Origin: a phage
Length of the DNA: 64,000 bases
Reading direction: 5' to 3' (one strand)
Sequence record: PV467749.1
Shown piece by piece: positions 18,391 to 27,423 of this stretch. The position numbers and the translations under genes are program-made. Each line of letters opens with the position of its first letter. Position 1 is the stretch's first letter. The notes beneath the pieces were generated by a model. The model saw only the letters and a list, made by a program, of their open reading frames with translations. It was not told the DNA's origin and made no database searches.

Positions 18391-18647
18391 TGTTCCTCGT
18401 ATAATTCTATGTCATCGACACCAACTTGGCGAATTGCATTGCTTCTTTTGAATGTATCTTTTTCAAATAAACACACAGTTAAACGTATTTCACACTTCAA
18501 TGCACTGTAATAAATCATATCAATAACACCATATGTTTCATACATTTCTACGTATACATTTCGTCCTAAGTACTTTTCTTCTAAATCAGTAATTAGACTA
18601 TTGATAAGATTACCTATCTGTGATATATCTGTGTGAAATTTATCCAT
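18387..18647 (-). CDS. hypothetical protein
   Basis: 86 aa; GAGAGGA RBS upstream of ATG. Confidence 0.5.
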   Translation of the reverse strand: MDKFHTDISQIGNLINSLITDLEEKYLGRNVYVEMYETYGVIDMIYYSALKCEIRLTVCLFEKDTFKRSNAIRQVGVDDIELYEEQ

Positions 18648-18805
18648 TACAATAATCCTCTCACATAAAACATTGATGAAAATAGATAATCTTCAGTACT
18701 AGAATTTAGTAGTTTATCAAAACTATAATTTTTATGCTTATTTTCATACAAAGACATTCTATAGTATCGTTCTATATTTTCTAAGTAGTCTTTTCGTAAT
18801 AACAT
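18647..18805 (-). CDS. candidate unannotated small ORF (52 aa, Tyr/Leu-rich)
   Basis: ATG 18805..18803 to TAA 18649..18647; stop overlaps the ATG of CDS 18387..18647 (TAATG); below the 60-aa track threshold; weak RBS. Confidence 0.3.
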   Translation of the reverse strand: MLLRKDYLENIERYYRMSLYENKHKNYSFDKLLNSSTEDYLFSSMFYVRGLL

Positions 18806-18833
18806 CTGCGTTGTTACATTCACTATAATGTAC

Positions 18834-18869
18834 CTTAAAAGAAAAAGGGACCAATATATGATCCCTTTT
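18834..18869 (-). terminator. intrinsic terminator 3' of pnk
   Basis: AAAGGGA-(11 nt)-TCCCTTT stem with A-run on + strand (T-run on minus) directly after the CDS 18873..19805 stop. Confidence 0.6.
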
Positions 18870-18872
18870 GTA

Positions 18873-19805
18873 TTAGAAATTTCCTTCAGCCACTTGGAAA
18901 ACTTTCAACCCAAGTAACTTACGCCACATGAATACAACTTGATTGCGGTCATCATAAACCTTTTTAACATCGTAATGATCAACCACATTTTTCATGTACA
19001 GGTCGAATTTTACAACATCATCAGGACGTTTATCATCAATGTCTCGCATAAACAATGCATCATAAGGAACACCCCAATTCTTAAGCCACTGTTCGGTATC
19101 AGCACGACACCCTTCAGTACGCCCACTCATGACGATAATCTTGCGTTTATGAAAAACTGCTTCTGCGATAATAGACAAAATAACTTCGTCGTCTGGTGTA
19201 TCCTGGAGTACAGTACTTTCATCGAACGGGTTACGTCCCCATTTATGAGCAAGAGTACCGTCGATATCAACGATAATAGCAGCTTCTCGTGAATTACCAT
19301 AGTAACCAATGTGTAATGCCTTACTATAATAGTACGTATCTGCCATAGTGTCAATGATATTATCTTGTACTGAACGCTCACGCTGGAGGTTATATTTCTT
19401 ACAAAGTTTTACGAACTCTTTAATCTTAAAGAATTCATGAACATCTGCACCACGGTCTTCATTAGGTACAAAATCATCATAGAAGTTCTTTTCTTTGTAA
19501 TCATAACCATTATCTATAGCCCATACTTTCCATAGATTACGGAAATGTTGTTTAAGGTTCGTATCGGATATGATGATGTTCCAACCATTCTCTGCTGCTG
19601 AATTTGCTGCACTGAACTGTAAATTAGTTACGTACTGCTCATTAGCATCGTTGAATTTGTAAGCATCATGTGACCCAGCCATAGATTCACGAATATCATC
19701 ACGGTTGATGTTGATAGTCTTGGATTTGGCTTTTTTAATCTCTTGCACTGCCCATGTAGTTTTACCACACCCAGGCAATCCAACTGTTAGTGTGATAGTT
19801 GGCAT
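18873..19805 (-). CDS. pseT: polynucleotide 5'-kinase/3'-phosphatase (T4 PseT-like)
   Basis: 310 aa; N-terminal kinase P-loop GLPGCGKT; C-terminal HAD phosphatase motif IVDIDGTL; N-terminus resembles T4 Pnk as recalled. Confidence 0.85.
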   Translation of the reverse strand: MPTITLTVGLPGCGKTTWAVQEIKKAKSKTININRDDIRESMAGSHDAYKFNDANEQYVTNLQFSAANSAAENGWNIIISDTNLKQHFRNLWKVWAIDNGYDYKEKNFYDDFVPNEDRGADVHEFFKIKEFVKLCKKYNLQRERSVQDNIIDTMADTYYYSKALHIGYYGNSREAAIIVDIDGTLAHKWGRNPFDESTVLQDTPDDEVILSIIAEAVFHKRKIIVMSGRTEGCRADTEQWLKNWGVPYDALFMRDIDDKRPDDVVKFDLYMKNVVDHYDVKKVYDDRNQVVFMWRKLLGLKVFQVAEGNF

Positions 19806-19808
19806 CCT

Positions 19809-20138
19809 TTAATCCTCTAAAAATTTAACATGCTCTATATTATGATAGGTGAGCCATTCCTGTGGTGTTCCCTTGCGTATTAAAACACCAATATACGCAA
19901 TACCATTAATTAGACCATTACTATCAGTATTCACATCAACTTTCACAATCTCGGAATCGTACCAGTGTTTGAATGTGTAATCCCAACATCTGACTTTCTT
20001 TCCAATAAGATTGCTCTTGTATTTGTCAATCATTTCATCGACGATAGTTTGTACTGAATTTTTAATTTCAGCTTCTACTGACTTTATATGTAGTAAATTA
20101 CTTTGTGCATTGTTTATCATTGTATTTCCCAATCCCAA
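19809..20138 (-). CDS. hypothetical protein
   Basis: 109 aa; start may be internal Met (20120). Confidence 0.5.
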   Translation of the reverse strand: MGLGNTMINNAQSNLLHIKSVEAEIKNSVQTIVDEMIDKYKSNLIGKKVRCWDYTFKHWYDSEIVKVDVNTDSNGLINGIAYIGVLIRKGTPQEWLTYHNIEHVKFLED

Positions 20139-20334
20139 ATCGCTTGGAGATTTTCACAAGTACAGATTCATCACAACGAATACTAGCAGTATCATTGGAT
20201 GAACTGTACTTTAATGGGGTCCACTGTAATTGAGATTCTTCTAGGAACTTGATACATCTGAAATAATCTTTCAAGGAAAGAAATTTAACTACTGACATAT
20301 CCTGAACAATACTATGCTGAACTTCAACTTTCAT
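20098..20334 (-). CDS. hypothetical small protein
   Basis: 78 aa ORF filling the gap between neighbours; overlaps downstream gene by 23-41 nt. Confidence 0.4.
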   Translation of the reverse strand: MKVEVQHSIVQDMSVVKFLSLKDYFRCIKFLEESQLQWTPLKYSSSNDTASIRCDESVLVKISKRFGIGKYNDKQCTK

Positions 20335-20343
20335 ATGAACTCC

Positions 20344-20601
20344 TTATAGTGGGTCGAATTTATTTTCACGTTTCGATGTATAGCGAGTTACATCATGTAT
20401 TCTCGGCTTAACACCTTTTGGTTTCCTTTTCTTCTTGTATTCAGTACTACTACACCCGAAAGTATTCTCGATTCGTTTCTTACTAATCTTCACACCTTTC
20501 TTAGAGCGTTTGTGCTGTAATTCATCGATTTCTTCTTGTATTTTCCTGAATTCTGTCGGAGAAAGGGAACCGTCATTTTTATACTTAGGTTTAGCCATCA
20601 C
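20344..20601 (-). CDS. small basic protein (85 aa), possible nucleic-acid binding
   Basis: K/R-rich (KPKYKN, KRSKKGVKISKKR, KKKRKPKGVKPR). Confidence 0.5.
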   Translation of the reverse strand: MMAKPKYKNDGSLSPTEFRKIQEEIDELQHKRSKKGVKISKKRIENTFGCSSTEYKKKRKPKGVKPRIHDVTRYTSKRENKFDPL

Positions 20602-20627
20602 TTCTCCTTGTGCTAGGCTAGATAGTA

Positions 20628-21770
20628 CTAAAAATCCTTTAGTACAATTTTCATGTACTTAATAAGAGTCTCTTTGTAATCGACTTTCTTATTGTTGTAC
20701 ATTGCAAAGGCCAAGCCCTGACGATTCAGTTCATTAGTTAAACACTCCTGAACCTTCTTAGCGAATTCCTTTCGCTCCAAGTGCTTGTGTTCCTTGACGA
20801 AGCTTTCAACTTCATCTTGTAAAGCATTATAGCACGAAAAGACTAGTTGTTCCATTCTTAATATCTTTTGGGTAGCATATTCGTCAGTACTGAACAACTG
20901 TTTTAAATCATCACTCGAACCATTTAATACAGCTTCATATAAATGGGAATCGATTATAATACTGTCTTTCGTTAAATGCAAAGAACAATACCAGTCGGTT
21001 TTGATTTTGCACATTGTACCATTATTTAGGATGCACACAAAACCTTCAATGTCAAGCATTTTCTTAACTTCTTCAACACTTTCTTTGAATGTAGCACGAA
21101 CAGGGAAAGTGTAATGAATATCTTTACCTGTCATGTTAGTACTGTACTGTGCAAGGCATGGAAACTTGTTACGTAATGCAGAACCACATAATAGTTCACC
21201 ACTCTTGCGATGGCGAACGTTTAGTACAAATATTTGTTCAACCTGGTATGGTAATACAATACGGTACTCTGGACTTGTATACTCCAGATTAACAGTATAG
21301 CCCAAACGGTCTGCTTCGTCAATGTATTGATACAAATTTTGGTTCTCATTGAGAAGACGAGTACTGTTAATCGCATGGTCTGAATACAATGCAGTATGTG
21401 ATTTACAACGAATTACACCATCATTATCACGGTAAGTACTGATTACTGAACCATCCAACTTAGGCATCACTACTGCAATGTCATCGAATGTGGTATCAGC
21501 AGGGAACATTGTAGCAGGATTTTCGTAAGCATTGAAGAACTTTTTCATAGTACGAGCAGCACAACGAATCATATCACCGTCTTCATCAATTTCCCACATA
21601 GAACCACGGGTTTCTAATGCATTGGGTTGCATGAAATCGGTATATGATGCTAGACGATAACTGAATACACGATACGTTCCACCAGCAGGACTTTTATGAT
21701 CCACATAAAAGAAAGCCTCACGGGTATTACATAAGTGCATTAAATCTTCATATATTTGTAAAAGGGTCAT
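20628..21770 (-). CDS. rnlA: RNA ligase 1 (T4 RnlA-like)
   Basis: 380 aa; covalent nucleotidyltransferase lysine motif PKLDGS; N-terminal region FFYVDHKSPAGGTYRVFSYRLASY resembles T4 Rnl1 as recalled. Confidence 0.8.
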   Translation of the reverse strand: MTLLQIYEDLMHLCNTREAFFYVDHKSPAGGTYRVFSYRLASYTDFMQPNALETRGSMWEIDEDGDMIRCAARTMKKFFNAYENPATMFPADTTFDDIAVVMPKLDGSVISTYRDNDGVIRCKSHTALYSDHAINSTRLLNENQNLYQYIDEADRLGYTVNLEYTSPEYRIVLPYQVEQIFVLNVRHRKSGELLCGSALRNKFPCLAQYSTNMTGKDIHYTFPVRATFKESVEEVKKMLDIEGFVCILNNGTMCKIKTDWYCSLHLTKDSIIIDSHLYEAVLNGSSDDLKQLFSTDEYATQKILRMEQLVFSCYNALQDEVESFVKEHKHLERKEFAKKVQECLTNELNRQGLAFAMYNNKKVDYKETLIKYMKIVLKDF

Positions 21771-22060
21771 TTTATTACCTCTATATCTACATCTGTGCCA
21801 TAGTAGGAAACGTAACCATTATCCGACTTACATTGAATTGATAACTCAGATTCATAGTATGTTACTTTGATCACTGTTAGTACTTTTTCTTCAATTTCTC
21901 CCGTTAAATAATCCATTTCACGAACACGAACATTGGTTCCTTTTGGGAGTTCTTGTGCAATTTTATTAACAAGTTCAAAAGCAGCTTCTTCAAGTGTGTG
22001 CAACAATTGCAATCTATCTTGGATATTCATATTATTTCCACCAAGTTGTATCTCGACCAC
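21767..22060 (-). CDS. hypothetical protein
   Basis: 97 aa ORF. Confidence 0.5.
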   Translation of the reverse strand: MVEIQLGGNNMNIQDRLQLLHTLEEAAFELVNKIAQELPKGTNVRVREMDYLTGEIEEKVLTVIKVTYYESELSIQCKSDNGYVSYYGTDVDIEVIK

Positions 22061-22721
22061 CAGACAAAGATTCGTTGTACTGATGCCTGAAATTAGTATT
22101 TGGATTATTTGTCATTGTACTAATAAAATCAAATTTAACATTCTCTTGAATGTAATTAATAACATTATCTTTAAATTTAATAGTACTGAAATCTAAATCC
22201 AAATGTTCATACAATACAGGATGACAAAACTCATGTGTACGCAATGATGGCATGGTATCCTTAATGTATTGCACAGTGTTAATCATTGCATTGTACTCAG
22301 GCATAGCACGCATCATCATTAGCTGAAAGTGTTCTTCCTCTGACATTGACTCATCCAAATCAATAACTACTTCATCATTTTTAGAGTCATATACTTTAAT
22401 GGAACTCTTTGTTGGATCAAGCATAGCCCACTCTGGATACAGGCATGTTTTCCAAAAAGGATTATTGCACTGAAACATACTAATGAGATTTTGATTTTTA
22501 TCAAAAATAGCAAATCCAAGATCCGAACTTGGCTGTACTTCACATACACAAATATCATAAGGGGAGTCTTCAGTACTGAATGATCCAACTACATTTGATA
22601 TATGTGAATATGGAGTTTCTCTTGATTTTAATTCAAAGGCTCTCTCCATACGATTAACCTGCGGTTGTAATGTAATTACACCCCTCAGTACATATAAAAT
22701 TCTATCTAAATCTTTAATCAA
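22032..22721 (-). CDS. hypothetical protein carrying the family-A-like core (SEEEHFQLMMM) and an HEFCH motif
   Basis: 229 aa; SMSEEEHFQLMMMRAM resembles the array core motif; HEFCH fits HExxH but no further zincin evidence. Confidence 0.55.
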   Translation of the reverse strand: MIKDLDRILYVLRGVITLQPQVNRMERAFELKSRETPYSHISNVVGSFSTEDSPYDICVCEVQPSSDLGFAIFDKNQNLISMFQCNNPFWKTCLYPEWAMLDPTKSSIKVYDSKNDEVVIDLDESMSEEEHFQLMMMRAMPEYNAMINTVQYIKDTMPSLRTHEFCHPVLYEHLDLDFSTIKFKDNVINYIQENVKFDFISTMTNNPNTNFRHQYNESLSGGRDTTWWK

Positions 22722-23296
22722 AATTCTATCCTCGTATCGGTTAATTTCGTTCCGTCCATGTACTTAACAGTTATTTCAATGCGACGTTCAGTACTCAATT
22801 TTTGAAGATCATTGTAGTACAATTTAAATTCTTCAAAGAACTCAAGTGGGGGAATATCGTATAAAGTACCAATCTGGAAGTGCTCAGGTAATCCAAATTC
22901 CAATATATCAATCTTAGGCATAAGTCCATCTGCTGCTGCACCTTCTGGAGTACTGCTGTCTGCTATATAAAACATAGAATTACCATGACGCTGGATAACG
23001 AATATGCAATCATCTTCACTTACATAAATCATATTTCCAAGGTATGGATCGTTATCACACAAATTATCATGGACGAGTTGTTGAACTTGAAGTAAATCTT
23101 TTATAATTCCCTGACCACTATCGTCAACTAGAATATGTAAACCAGAACAATCTTTGCTCAACCAGCGGTATCTTGCATCACATCCTGATTCCATAAATGG
23201 ATATTTTGAAAAATCCATATCAGTACCATTATAAAACCAATCGTACCACTCATTACGCATAGTAATCAGCTTAGTACATAATTCTAATACATTCAT
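22718..23296 (-). CDS. hypothetical protein with family-A-like core (PEHFQIGTLYD)
   Basis: 192 aa. Confidence 0.55.
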   Translation of the reverse strand: MNVLELCTKLITMRNEWYDWFYNGTDMDFSKYPFMESGCDARYRWLSKDCSGLHILVDDSGQGIIKDLLQVQQLVHDNLCDNDPYLGNMIYVSEDDCIFVIQRHGNSMFYIADSSTPEGAAADGLMPKIDILEFGLPEHFQIGTLYDIPPLEFFEEFKLYYNDLQKLSTERRIEITVKYMDGTKLTDTRIEF

Positions 23297-23303
23297 TTTA
23301 GTT

Positions 23304-23603
23304 TTATCCTCTTAGTTTAATAGTACTGGCTGGATAATCTACCATAGTACTATCTGGTAATCCTATACAGTAATAAGGAAAATATCCCATCATATTAATA
23401 CCAATTAACATTCCTGTTTTATATGAAGTATTAATTTCATAGTGGTCGTCTATATCAACCGCCAGTCCATATAAGGATATGTTACAATCCTTGATGTATC
23501 GTTCAAAGATTTTATACATTGATGGGTATACAGTTCCATTGGATTCTCTCACTACATCAGCCAACAACTTTATAGTACTGTTAATTAAATCTATACTAAT
23601 CAT
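23304..23603 (-). CDS. hypothetical protein
   Basis: 99 aa ORF. Confidence 0.5.
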   Translation of the reverse strand: MISIDLINSTIKLLADVVRESNGTVYPSMYKIFERYIKDCNISLYGLAVDIDDHYEINTSYKTGMLIGINMMGYFPYYCIGLPDSTMVDYPASTIKLRG

Positions 23604-23647
23604 CTTTGTACCTGCGAAAAAAGACCAGCAAACGCTGGCCTTAAAAT

Positions 23648-23929
23648 TTAAATTATTTCATATAGACAATATACACCATCAACGCCATCACAAGGAAAAT
23701 CAACATAGAAATTCACACTAACAGTATCATAATCAATTTCAGTGATGTGTCCGGTTTTACCTACACTCTTTACAAATAGTTCAGAACCAAGATATACAAA
23801 CTCAAACTCATCTGCATACTCTTTTATAATATCAGCGAAATCACAACCATATCTGGGATCAGTATTAATAATCTCAAGATATAATGTAATGTATTGTTCG
23901 TATGACCATGTGTGTAGGTAAAAATCCAT
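23648..23929 (-). CDS. hypothetical protein
   Basis: 93 aa ORF. Confidence 0.5.
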   Translation of the reverse strand: MDFYLHTWSYEQYITLYLEIINTDPRYGCDFADIIKEYADEFEFVYLGSELFVKSVGKTGHITEIDYDTVSVNFYVDFPCDGVDGVYCLYEII

Positions 23930-23938
23930 AACAGTTCC

Positions 23939-24667
23939 TTAGAAATATACCATACCCATCAATTCTGAATCTTCAGGACGAGTATAACTTTGTTTTTTAA
24001 CTTTAAAGTAGAAGGATTCATTATCTTCTAAATTATAACGTTTCTTTAAGCAACGGGTGTATGTTTGGCAATTAGGTGAAACCCATTCATAAACATGAAC
24101 ACCATTTTCATCATAACCATTAATACTACAACGGTTTCCTTCGTGTTTCTTGAAGTTTTTACTCTTCTCAGTGAATTCTTTTACCGATGTAGAGGCTGGT
24201 TTTTTATATTCAAATGGAACTTCTGTTATACGAAAATAGAAATATTGTTCGTCTTCATCATATCCAACGAGCACTGTGTTAGTTTCACGTACATTGTAAT
24301 GATTCTTACTTTTCAATTCATTTTCGTATATATCTTTTAATACCTCATCGAATACAATATCACTTGCTGCATTTGGGTCTGAAACCCCACTAATACGGCG
24401 TTCAATAATAAAATCGGTGAATTTGCGGTCTTCTGAAATATCTTCATTCATATAAAGACCTACGAACTTATCCTTGTATGTCTTTACGCTATATTGTTTG
24501 CTTTGAACTTCACTATAAACATCAGCTAACATGTTAGCTTGTCCACATTGTATACCACTAGATGAATATGCAGCAGCATGTTCAGCCATAACAGATGTTA
24601 ACATTTGGAAATTTGCAATATTGAGTTGATTCGCCATTTCTGTTGCAAATTTTATATTATCTATCAT
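23939..24667 (-). CDS. hypothetical protein
   Basis: 242 aa ORF. Confidence 0.55.
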   Translation of the reverse strand: MIDNIKFATEMANQLNIANFQMLTSVMAEHAAAYSSSGIQCGQANMLADVYSEVQSKQYSVKTYKDKFVGLYMNEDISEDRKFTDFIIERRISGVSDPNAASDIVFDEVLKDIYENELKSKNHYNVRETNTVLVGYDEDEQYFYFRITEVPFEYKKPASTSVKEFTEKSKNFKKHEGNRCSINGYDENGVHVYEWVSPNCQTYTRCLKKRYNLEDNESFYFKVKKQSYTRPEDSELMGMVYF

Positions 24668-24692
24668 TTCACATTCCTTGTGTTTATGATTT

Positions 24693-25625
24693 TCATATTT
24701 TTAATTTATTTTCGAGTAAACATTTACATATATAATCAATAACAAGATTTATATCTTGTAAATCAAATGTTTCAGTATACCCATCGCCAAAATAATCCTT
24801 TGGCAATTTACTACTATTTTTAAGCAGATTTAAAATATTATATTCTACACTTTTAATAACTTCGGTATTACCAGTAAAATAATATAATTCCTCTACTATA
24901 AAATTAGTTTTTGACCTAATACTAATTAGTCTCGATTTATCAATCTTTGTAGAAATACCAACTTTATATTTTATTAAAATATTTTGTTCATATATTCCTA
25001 AAATATATAATTTACTTTCTTCTGGGATTGGTCTGATACAATTGCAGTTAAGAGTTCCACATTTAACTCTACTATAATTAATATATTTGTCAAAATTACA
25101 CGCTGTACAATAAAATCTAACCTTATATTGTGTGCCACGATATGTAGATTTATCCATATATATTGTATTTGAGTAATCTTTTATTTTATTCATAATAGTA
25201 TTATATGCTTCGTCGATATTTAACGGCATACAATATAATGAATGACATTTACAATATGAACCTCTAGACTTAACATCATGTACAGTCATATATCTTTCAA
25301 AGGCACAATCATCACAATAAAATCTAGATTTGTTTTTTGTAGTTGTGAATGTGGAAATATCTAATTTTAATTTTGAATTAATTTCACCCAATTTATTATA
25401 TAAAGTTTTAAATGTGGGACAATGACAAAATATCCCATTTTTGTACACATTCCTAACTATGATATTTTTACAAAACCCACATTCATCACAGAAAAAAGTT
25501 GATTTGTTTGATATGGTTGTGTATGTTGTTCTATCCATTTTTACCGATGAACCAATTGAACTCAATTTTTCATCAACCAGTCTGAATACTTCAGAATCTG
25601 GCTTTTTACTTGGCACTTTACACAC
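24693..25625 (-). CDS. T5orf172-domain (GIY-YIG-like) protein with three tandem Cys-rich zinc-finger-like modules
   Basis: 310 aa; three repeats of K-x-x-F-x-C-x-x-C-x-F...C-x-C; C-terminal LYILGIYEQNILIKYKVGISTKIDKSRL matches the T5orf172 'Y..G....KIG.T....R' pattern as recalled; track start is GTG. Confidence 0.6.
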   Translation of the reverse strand: MCKVPSKKPDSEVFRLVDEKLSSIGSSVKMDRTTYTTISNKSTFFCDECGFCKNIIVRNVYKNGIFCHCPTFKTLYNKLGEINSKLKLDISTFTTTKNKSRFYCDDCAFERYMTVHDVKSRGSYCKCHSLYCMPLNIDEAYNTIMNKIKDYSNTIYMDKSTYRGTQYKVRFYCTACNFDKYINYSRVKCGTLNCNCIRPIPEESKLYILGIYEQNILIKYKVGISTKIDKSRLISIRSKTNFIVEELYYFTGNTEVIKSVEYNILNLLKNSSKLPKDYFGDGYTETFDLQDINLVIDYICKCLLENKLKI

Positions 25626-25656
25626 TCCTTGTGTTAGTTATTGTTCCTCATCCAAT

Positions 25657-25684
25657 ATTATATCACTACTTGAGCTATTGTCCC
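25657..25684 (-). promoter_or_regulatory. sigma70-like promoter candidate (GGGACA-N16-TGATATAAT)
   Basis: minus-strand TGATATAAT 25665..25657 with GGGACA 16 nt upstream, in the gap upstream of CDS 24693..25625. Confidence 0.4.
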
Positions 25685-25977
25685 GCTTTGTAACAATAAA
25701 GATTCTCAAATTTAAAGTTCTCTATATCACATTCCTCACGAACTCGGTTCTTGTTCCAGAACAGAATACGAATCCTTTCATAATCACGATAAACACTAAT
25801 AATACTTTTGTGTTTAGATTTGTAGTACTGCTGTATAACCTGAAGAGTTATATCCCTCAACTTGGACTTAATTGGGTAAGACATATCATTACTAGTTGTT
25901 ATGGTATAAACCATCTTCATCGTTTCAGCAACAAGTACTTCATTCGATTTATTTGCCATTAAAATCCTTACAAACAC
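25675..25977 (-). CDS. hypothetical protein
   Basis: 100 aa ORF. Confidence 0.5.
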   Translation of the reverse strand: MFVRILMANKSNEVLVAETMKMVYTITTSNDMSYPIKSKLRDITLQVIQQYYKSKHKSIISVYRDYERIRILFWNKNRVREECDIENFKFENLYCYKAGQ

Positions 25978-26118
25978 TATGTAAAGTAAATCCTAAACCT
26001 ACACCTACGAATGGGAATAGTAAATTAATGTACCAGACATTCATTGTCGAAAGGAAACAAATCCCACTTACTGTCAGTACTGCTAGTGAGAAAAGACTCC
26101 AGATAAAAAATAATGCTC

Positions 26119-26409
26119 TCATAAAAATGTTACCTCGTTAGATGAGTAGTTACGATATATTTGTGAATTATGTTCCACACCATGAATTGTTATATGCCCG
26201 TTGTAGAAAAAAGTAATATCTACAACTTTGAGTTCTTTACGTTTTTTAGTACTGAAATATCTACCAACTAACGCAGCATATATATAATCCCTGTACTCTT
26301 GAGTAATGAATTTATACATATTATGATTTGCACTGCACTTTTCATCATAAGTATTAGTATATTCTTTCATCAGTAGAGCATATGTTTTTTGTATTAATAT
26401 GATATTCAT
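26119..26409 (-). CDS. hypothetical protein, possible outlying member of tandem family C
   Basis: 96 aa; N-terminus MNIILIQKTYALL similar to the MNxxDIQFTYK motif. Confidence 0.5.
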   Translation of the reverse strand: MNIILIQKTYALLMKEYTNTYDEKCSANHNMYKFITQEYRDYIYAALVGRYFSTKKRKELKVVDITFFYNGHITIHGVEHNSQIYRNYSSNEVTFL

Positions 26410-26669
26410 CTGTAGTTTAATATTGAAATGGGAAGACTATATATATGTACGTGAAGTTTATCAACTCGTTCCATATTAACTTTTAAAGTACTTCCATAAC
26501 GACTAATGCTATCTATACGATAAAGCACGTCATTCAGCATCATTACGGTATCGGTGTAATCTTCACTAAGAGATTCAATGTAGATATCTTCAAGTTTCAC
26601 ATCCATGCGTGGTATATCTAAATCCCTCAATAAACGCAGTGTTTGCACGATCAGTTCAGCTTTAGTCAT
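26406..26669 (-). CDS. hypothetical protein
   Basis: probable start ATG 26669..26667; track ORF 26406..26792 starts earlier and would overlap 26662..26862 by 131 nt. Confidence 0.45.
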   Translation of the reverse strand: MTKAELIVQTLRLLRDLDIPRMDVKLEDIYIESLSEDYTDTVMMLNDVLYRIDSISRYGSTLKVNMERVDKLHVHIYSLPISILNYR

Positions 26670-26862
26670 GAATACGCTCACATGCCAGACAATAAATGCA
26701 CTCAATGTCAGGTCGCCATGATTTATCAAAATCTTTGTGCTGTTCTTCAGTGTATTCCGAATCATCATTGATGGGAAAGAAATCACCAGCACCAGAGGCC
26801 CAGTCTGAATCTAAACGGAAACGAGCTAATTGAGTACTGTTGCAATATGGACATTTATTCAA
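26662..26862 (-). CDS. small zinc-ribbon protein (66 aa), TTG start
   Basis: CPYC ... CIYCLAC motifs; only in-frame start is TTG overlapping the upstream stop, so uncertain. Confidence 0.35.
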   Translation of the reverse strand: MNKCPYCNSTQLARFRLDSDWASGAGDFFPINDDSEYTEEQHKDFDKSWRPDIECIYCLACERIHD

Positions 26863-27139
26863 AATTTATTCCTTCTAACTGATATACGTTTAATGAAAAT
26901 GACCCACTATTATTATCGCATCTGAAACACAGTGTTAAAGAACCATTAAAACTAACAACATCAGTACATATACATTTTTCACCATTGGATATGATAGATT
27001 TTCCTATATATAAATCTCTTACTATAGTACGGTAATGTTGCCATAAAAAATAATACACACTTTCATAGTACTCATCTTTTACATATGACAAGTATAAGAA
27101 TTTATAAAATACTTGTATTTCCTTTAAGTTGTTTTTCAT
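26855..27139 (-). CDS. tandem family C member (94 aa)
   Basis: N-terminus MKNNLKEIQVFYKFLY. Confidence 0.55.
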   Translation of the reverse strand: MKNNLKEIQVFYKFLYLSYVKDEYYESVYYFLWQHYRTIVRDLYIGKSIISNGEKCICTDVVSFNGSLTLCFRCDNNSGSFSLNVYQLEGINFE

Positions 27140-27413
27140 TCTCCAACTCCAGTAAATTTACACCAATCCAATCAACATCACTATCAGTACTTAATTCCAA
27201 TCGTAGCTTACCGCTATGACTAACAATATCTCGGAATTTGTATATTTTATTATCACGAACTATACACAAATCATGGTAATATTCATGTAATTCATCCAAA
27301 AACTTTATCCATACCGAACGATAGATTTCACCGTAGAGATATTCTCCAGCATCAACCGTAGCGTATTGGATATACAAAAATTTGTATGTGAATTGTATAT
27401 CATTAAGATTCAT
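27102..27413 (-). CDS. tandem family C member (103 aa)
   Basis: N-terminus MNLNDIQFTYKFLY. Confidence 0.55.
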   Translation of the reverse strand: MNLNDIQFTYKFLYIQYATVDAGEYLYGEIYRSVWIKFLDELHEYYHDLCIVRDNKIYKFRDIVSHSGKLRLELSTDSDVDWIGVNLLELENEKQLKGNTSIL

Positions 27414-27423
27414 ATGTCAATCC

